The notes beneath the pieces were generated by a model. It saw only the letters and a list, made by a program, of their open reading frames with translations, was not told where the DNA came from and did not search any database. Source: Elusimicrobiota bacterium (GTDB lineage Bacteria > CG03 > SLGR01 > JBDRKX01). Taken from it: a stretch of DNA of 10,453 nt. The position numbers were made by a program, and so were the translations under genes. The stretch spans positions 1 through 10,453 of the forward strand of contig JBDRKX010000067.1 in NCBI GenBank assembly GCA_043813605.1, given 5' to 3'. Positions 7,401-10,453 of this stretch are shown here, one piece after another; within the stretch, counting starts at the first letter, position 1, and the number at the start of each line of letters is the position of its first letter.

Positions 7401-8594
7401 CTAAGCTTCTTTATTCCTTTTTAATACAATTTCTCCGATGTTTTTCCCCGCTTCTTTCACTTTCTCCAGCTCATCTTCATCCGGTATATATTTAAGATTT
7501 ATGCTTTCCAGCGGCATATCCCATTTAAGTTCACGCATAATACTCTCTATCTCCCCCACAGCCTGACCACCCCACCCAAAAGACCCGAAGGCAAGGTCTA
7601 TCCTGTTCCTGGGACGCAATCCCTTCATATATGTAAGAAACGCTCCCATAGAAGGAAGCATCCCGCTATTGAGAGTAGGCGAACCTATAAAGACAATTTT
7701 TGACTGAACGAGATCCGTTATTATGTCCGATATATGATTTATCTTAAGGTTTCTCATTATTACAGGCGCCCCGGATTCGCCAAGACCCCGCTCAAGCATC
7801 TTTGCCATTTTTTCAGTCGAGCCCCACATAGAATCATATACTATCAAGGCCCTATCTTCCGTATCATAATCTGCCCATTTGGTATACTCTTTAAGTATTT
7901 CAGATATAAATGACCGCCAGATCACTCCATGGCTTGGGCATATAATGTCTATCTCAAGCTGTGAAAGAGGCCCCATGGCTTTCTTCACCTGGTCACCGTA
8001 AGGCATGACTATGTTACCGTAGTATTTGGCTGCCTCTTCTTTTAAAATATCCCAACCGATCTCATCGTCATACCTTTCGGAAGTTGCTATATGCTGCCCG
8101 AACGCATCATTCGAGAACAGTATTTTCTCTTCCGGAACATAAGTTACCATGGAGTCCGGCCAGTGAACCATCGGAGTATGGACAAAACGCAGTGTACGAC
8201 TGCCGATATTAACGCTATCTCCTGATTTTACAACATGGAAATCCCAGTCCTTTTTGAAATGCCTGGTCAAGCCCTTCTCCCCCCGGGTCGATGTTATTAC
8301 TTTTGCGTTTGGCGCCTGTTCAAGCATCCTGGGAATAGAACCCGAATGGTCCATTTCTACATGGTTTGACAGGATATAGTCAATTTCGGAAGGATCGATT
8401 ATTTTTTTAATCCTGCCCAGCATCTCATCAAACAGATAATGTTTGACAGTATCCACCAGTACGACTTTATCATCTACAATCAGGTAAGCGTTATATGTAG
8501 TGCCCCGCTGTGTCAGGTATCCGTGGAAATTCCTTAAGTCCCAGTCTATAGCGCCAACCCAGTAAATACCTTTCTTTATTTCATTTGCTGTCAT
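7401..8594 (-). CDS. fprA: FprA-family A-type flavoprotein (flavodiiron O2/NO reductase)
   Basis: GTTYNAYL, NHVEMDHSG, HWPDSM, FSNDAFGQH, PSHG and flavodoxin domain YDSMWGSTEKMA, GSPTLN, AFGSFGW. Start placed at ATG 8594 (GGAG about 8 nt upstream) rather than GTG 8603. Confidence 0.95.
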   Translation of the reverse strand: MTANEIKKGIYWVGAIDWDLRNFHGYLTQRGTTYNAYLIVDDKVVLVDTVKHYLFDEMLGRIKKIIDPSEIDYILSNHVEMDHSGSIPRMLEQAPNAKVITSTRGEKGLTRHFKKDWDFHVVKSGDSVNIGSRTLRFVHTPMVHWPDSMVTYVPEEKILFSNDAFGQHIATSERYDDEIGWDILKEEAAKYYGNIVMPYGDQVKKAMGPLSQLEIDIICPSHGVIWRSFISEILKEYTKWADYDTEDRALIVYDSMWGSTEKMAKMLERGLGESGAPVIMRNLKINHISDIITDLVQSKIVFIGSPTLNSGMLPSMGAFLTYMKGLRPRNRIDLAFGSFGWGGQAVGEIESIMRELKWDMPLESINLKYIPDEDELEKVKEAGKNIGEIVLKRNKEA

Positions 8595-8614
8595 ATTCCG
8601 CACTCCATGACTGA

Positions 8615-9514
8615 TTAATTTTTACTCAAATACTCAAAACTCGCCAAAGCGGCCTTTGCCCCTTCACCGCAGGCGACAATGATCTGCTTGGCATAAACAT
8701 CTGTCACATCACCCGCAGCAAATATGCCTGGAATACTGGTCTGGCTCTGGCAATTTACAAATATCTCTCCGCTTTTATTCTTTTTTATATCATTAATATA
8801 ACCGACCGCCGGCACCGAACCGATCTCGATAAAAACACCTCCCACGGTCAGATATTCTTCTTTTTTGTCAATTTTTACTTTTATCCTTTTAACGAACCTG
8901 TCTCCATCGATTTTTTCTACGCTGGCATTATTATATATTACGACTTTTTCGCTTTGTTTTGCTTTCTCGACCATTACCGGATCGGCACGCAGTTCTGGTG
9001 CTATATCTACCAAATATATCCTGCCGGCAATCTTATCCATCTGAAGTACCGCTTCCAGGGCGGCATTTCCACCGCCTATAACAGCCACATCTTTGCCTGC
9101 GAATAAAGGACCGTCACAAGTAACGCAATAAGTCACTCCCTTTCCCGCATATTCGTCTTCCCCTTCTACCTGCAGTTTCCTGGGAACTCTTCCTGTCGCC
9201 AGCACCAGAGTTTTTGCCTGATATTCGTCTTTATTTGTTTTGACCCTTATTATATCTTCTTTATTTACCAGTTCAACCTGTTCTCCTTCATGTAATTCGA
9301 CATCAAACTGATTAAGATGCTCCCTGAACTTCATAACAAGTTCGGCTCCTGTTATAAACTGGTACCCTGTATAATTTTCAATATCAGAGCTGAGTAACGT
9401 CTGGCCCCCGACATTTTTTGATATTATCAGGGTACTCATCCTTTTTCTTGCCGCATAAACCGCCGCGGTTATACCTGCCGGCCCGGCGCCAAGTATGATT
9501 AGATCGTATATCAC
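8615..9514 (-). CDS. trxB: Thioredoxin-reductase/AhpF-C-like FAD-dependent disulfide oxidoreductase
   Basis: GAGPAG FAD motif, IENYTG, redox CxxC in GVTYCVTCDG, VIGGGNAALE and TSIPGIFAAGDVT. The GTG start overlaps the glutaredoxin stop. Confidence 0.9.
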   Translation of the reverse strand: MIYDLIILGAGPAGITAAVYAARKRMSTLIISKNVGGQTLLSSDIENYTGYQFITGAELVMKFREHLNQFDVELHEGEQVELVNKEDIIRVKTNKDEYQAKTLVLATGRVPRKLQVEGEDEYAGKGVTYCVTCDGPLFAGKDVAVIGGGNAALEAVLQMDKIAGRIYLVDIAPELRADPVMVEKAKQSEKVVIYNNASVEKIDGDRFVKRIKVKIDKKEEYLTVGGVFIEIGSVPAVGYINDIKKNKSGEIFVNCQSQTSIPGIFAAGDVTDVYAKQIIVACGEGAKAALASFEYLSKN

Positions 9515-9750
9515 TATAGTCCAAGCTCCCCTGATATCTCATCTTTATTAAAACCAACAATGATTTTCCCATCTATATCGATAACGGGCACCCCCATCTG
9601 TCCTGATCTATCAACCATTTCCTTCGCAGCCTGCTGATCGCTTCCCACATCAATATCTTCAAACACGACATGATTTTCATTAAGAAATTCTTTTACCCTA
9701 TGGCAGTAAGGACAGGTCGCAGTAGAATATACTTTAACATTCTTAGTCAT
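9514..9750 (-). CDS. Glutaredoxin-like protein (YruB/NrdH-redoxin type)
   Basis: 78 aa with VYST..CPYC, SGQMGVPVI and IVGF. GGGAGG SD upstream. Confidence 0.93.
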   Translation of the reverse strand: MTKNVKVYSTATCPYCHRVKEFLNENHVVFEDIDVGSDQQAAKEMVDRSGQMGVPVIDIDGKIIVGFNKDEISGELGL

Positions 9751-9753
9751 ATA

Positions 9754-9888
9754 TCATTCGCCTCCCTCTATCAATTCCATCGGCTGCCCACAGCAAACCA
9801 GCTCACCGCCACCGACCTTTTTAACTTCAACCACATTACCGCAAATACTGCATTTATATACTTCACCTTCTTTTTTTACATTTGACAT
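9754..9888 (-). CDS. Stand-alone desulforedoxin (desulfoferrodoxin FeS4 domain), 44 aa; not in ORF track
   Basis: Manual translation: [44 protein letters not shown], with the Y-K-C-x-x-C-G-N ... G-G-G-x-L-x-C-C-G-x-x-M signature. AAGGAG SD upstream. Confidence 0.93.
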   Translation of the reverse strand: MSNVKKEGEVYKCSICGNVVEVKKVGGGELVCCGQPMELIEGGE

Positions 9889-9912
9889 AATATAAACTCC
9901 TTGAGACTTAAA

Positions 9913-10134
9913 TTACACAGAAACAACTTCCTTTACTTCCGGAACTTCTTCTTTAAGAGCTCTTTCAATACCTGATTTCAATGTCATCTGGCTCATCGGA
10001 CAACAACCACATGCTCCTGTAAGCTTAACTTTAACAACTCCATCTTCGGTTACCTCAACAAGCTCTACATCTCCTCCGTCTGCCTGCAAATTAGGCCTGA
10101 TTTTATTTAATGCTGCTTCTACTTTTTTTCTCAT
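9913..10134 (-). CDS. NifU-C/Nfu-domain Fe-S cluster carrier protein
   Basis: [14 protein letters not shown]...V.L.GAC..CPMS..TLK.GIE motif. 73 aa. AGAGGAG SD upstream. Confidence 0.93.
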   Translation of the reverse strand: MRKKVEAALNKIRPNLQADGGDVELVEVTEDGVVKVKLTGACGCCPMSQMTLKSGIERALKEEVPEVKEVVSV

Positions 10135-10144
10135 ATATACTCCT

Positions 10145-10306
10145 CTAAATAACTTTCTCGAAAGCGTCTTTTCCTGCGCCGCAGACCGGGCAGAGCCAGT
10201 CTTCAGGCAGATCTTCGAAAGAAGTACCGGGTTCTATCCCTGAATCAGGATCTCCTGCCTCCGGGTCATAAATATAACCGCAGACTGTACATTTAAATTT
10301 ATCCAT
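10145..10306 (-). CDS. Rubredoxin, 53 aa; not in ORF track
   Basis: Manual translation: [61 protein letters not shown] at 10315-10320. Confidence 0.97.
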   Translation of the reverse strand: MDKFKCTVCGYIYDPEAGDPDSGIEPGTSFEDLPEDWLCPVCGAGKDAFEKVI

Positions 10307-10336
10307 TTTATTTTCCTCCCATAATAGTTGTTATAG

Positions 10337-10453
10337 TTATGCCGCCATAGAAAGACCATCTTTCAAATGGCTGGACAACTGTACTTCTTTGTTTATAATT
10401 TTAAATCGAGGTAATGAGGAACACGCCTTTATTTTTAGTGTGGCACGACCACG
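10337..10453 (-). CDS. 3' end of an ORF running off the window, possibly the cargo gene of an IS200/IS605-type element
   Basis: Frame is open from the window edge: ...RGRATLKIKACSSLPRFKIINKEVQLSSHLKDGLSMAA* (TAA 10337-10339). The last codons overlap an imperfect hairpin (10353-10372). Only 38 codons are visible. Confidence 0.4.
   Translation of the reverse strand, partial: RGRATLKIKACSSLPRFKIINKEVQLSSHLKDGLSMAA

Noticed and set aside
9751..9756. Desulforedoxin TGA is in frame with the glutaredoxin ATG (TGA TAT ATG), suggesting selenocysteine readthrough or a fusion
   Set aside because: The TGA is not at a Cys-equivalent position, I see no SECIS-like hairpin after it, the glutaredoxin has its own GGGAGG SD, and in-frame adjacency occurs by chance one time in three.
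408..9885. Numerous + strand ORFs in the track (for example 1207..1707, 1739..2236, 4310..4702, 6423..6755, 9670..9885) and nested minus-strand ORFs 4784..4972 and 9384..9572
   Set aside because: They are antisense or off-frame shadows of clearly identified genes and have no recognisable motifs.
10392..10405. AT-rich near-palindrome TTTATAATTTTAAA as a PerR/Fur box
   Set aside because: It is only a partial match to TTATAATnATTATAA in AT-rich DNA and lies inside the putative upstream ORF. No promoter could be assigned with confidence.

Overview
A co-oriented minus-strand cluster from an apparently anaerobic bacterium, read from the right end of the window to the left. It starts with an oxygen/ROS-defence operon: rubredoxin, NifU-C, stand-alone desulforedoxin, glutaredoxin-like protein, AhpF/TrxB-like reductase, flavodiiron FprA, rubredoxin-fused superoxide reductase, rubrerythrin, reverse rubrerythrin and a 56-aa two-histidine membrane protein. 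It continues with a PTS Enzyme I-like gene broken by a -1 frameshift at A_AAA_AAG, two unknown membrane proteins (one also frameshifted), Ogg DNA glycosylase, a NusG-II-domain protein and ApbE. Three small genes (rubredoxin, desulforedoxin, the 56-aa protein) and the true 5' part of ptsI are missing from the ORF track and were read by hand. A 109-bp hairpin-rich IS200/IS605-like miniature element flanked by ATAAA sits between the SOR and rubrerythrin genes. The left edge holds a 5'-truncated Hsp20 fragment and a terminator. The right edge holds the 3' end of an ORF ending in an IS200/IS605-like right-end hairpin. All family assignments come from motif recognition; no database searches were run.
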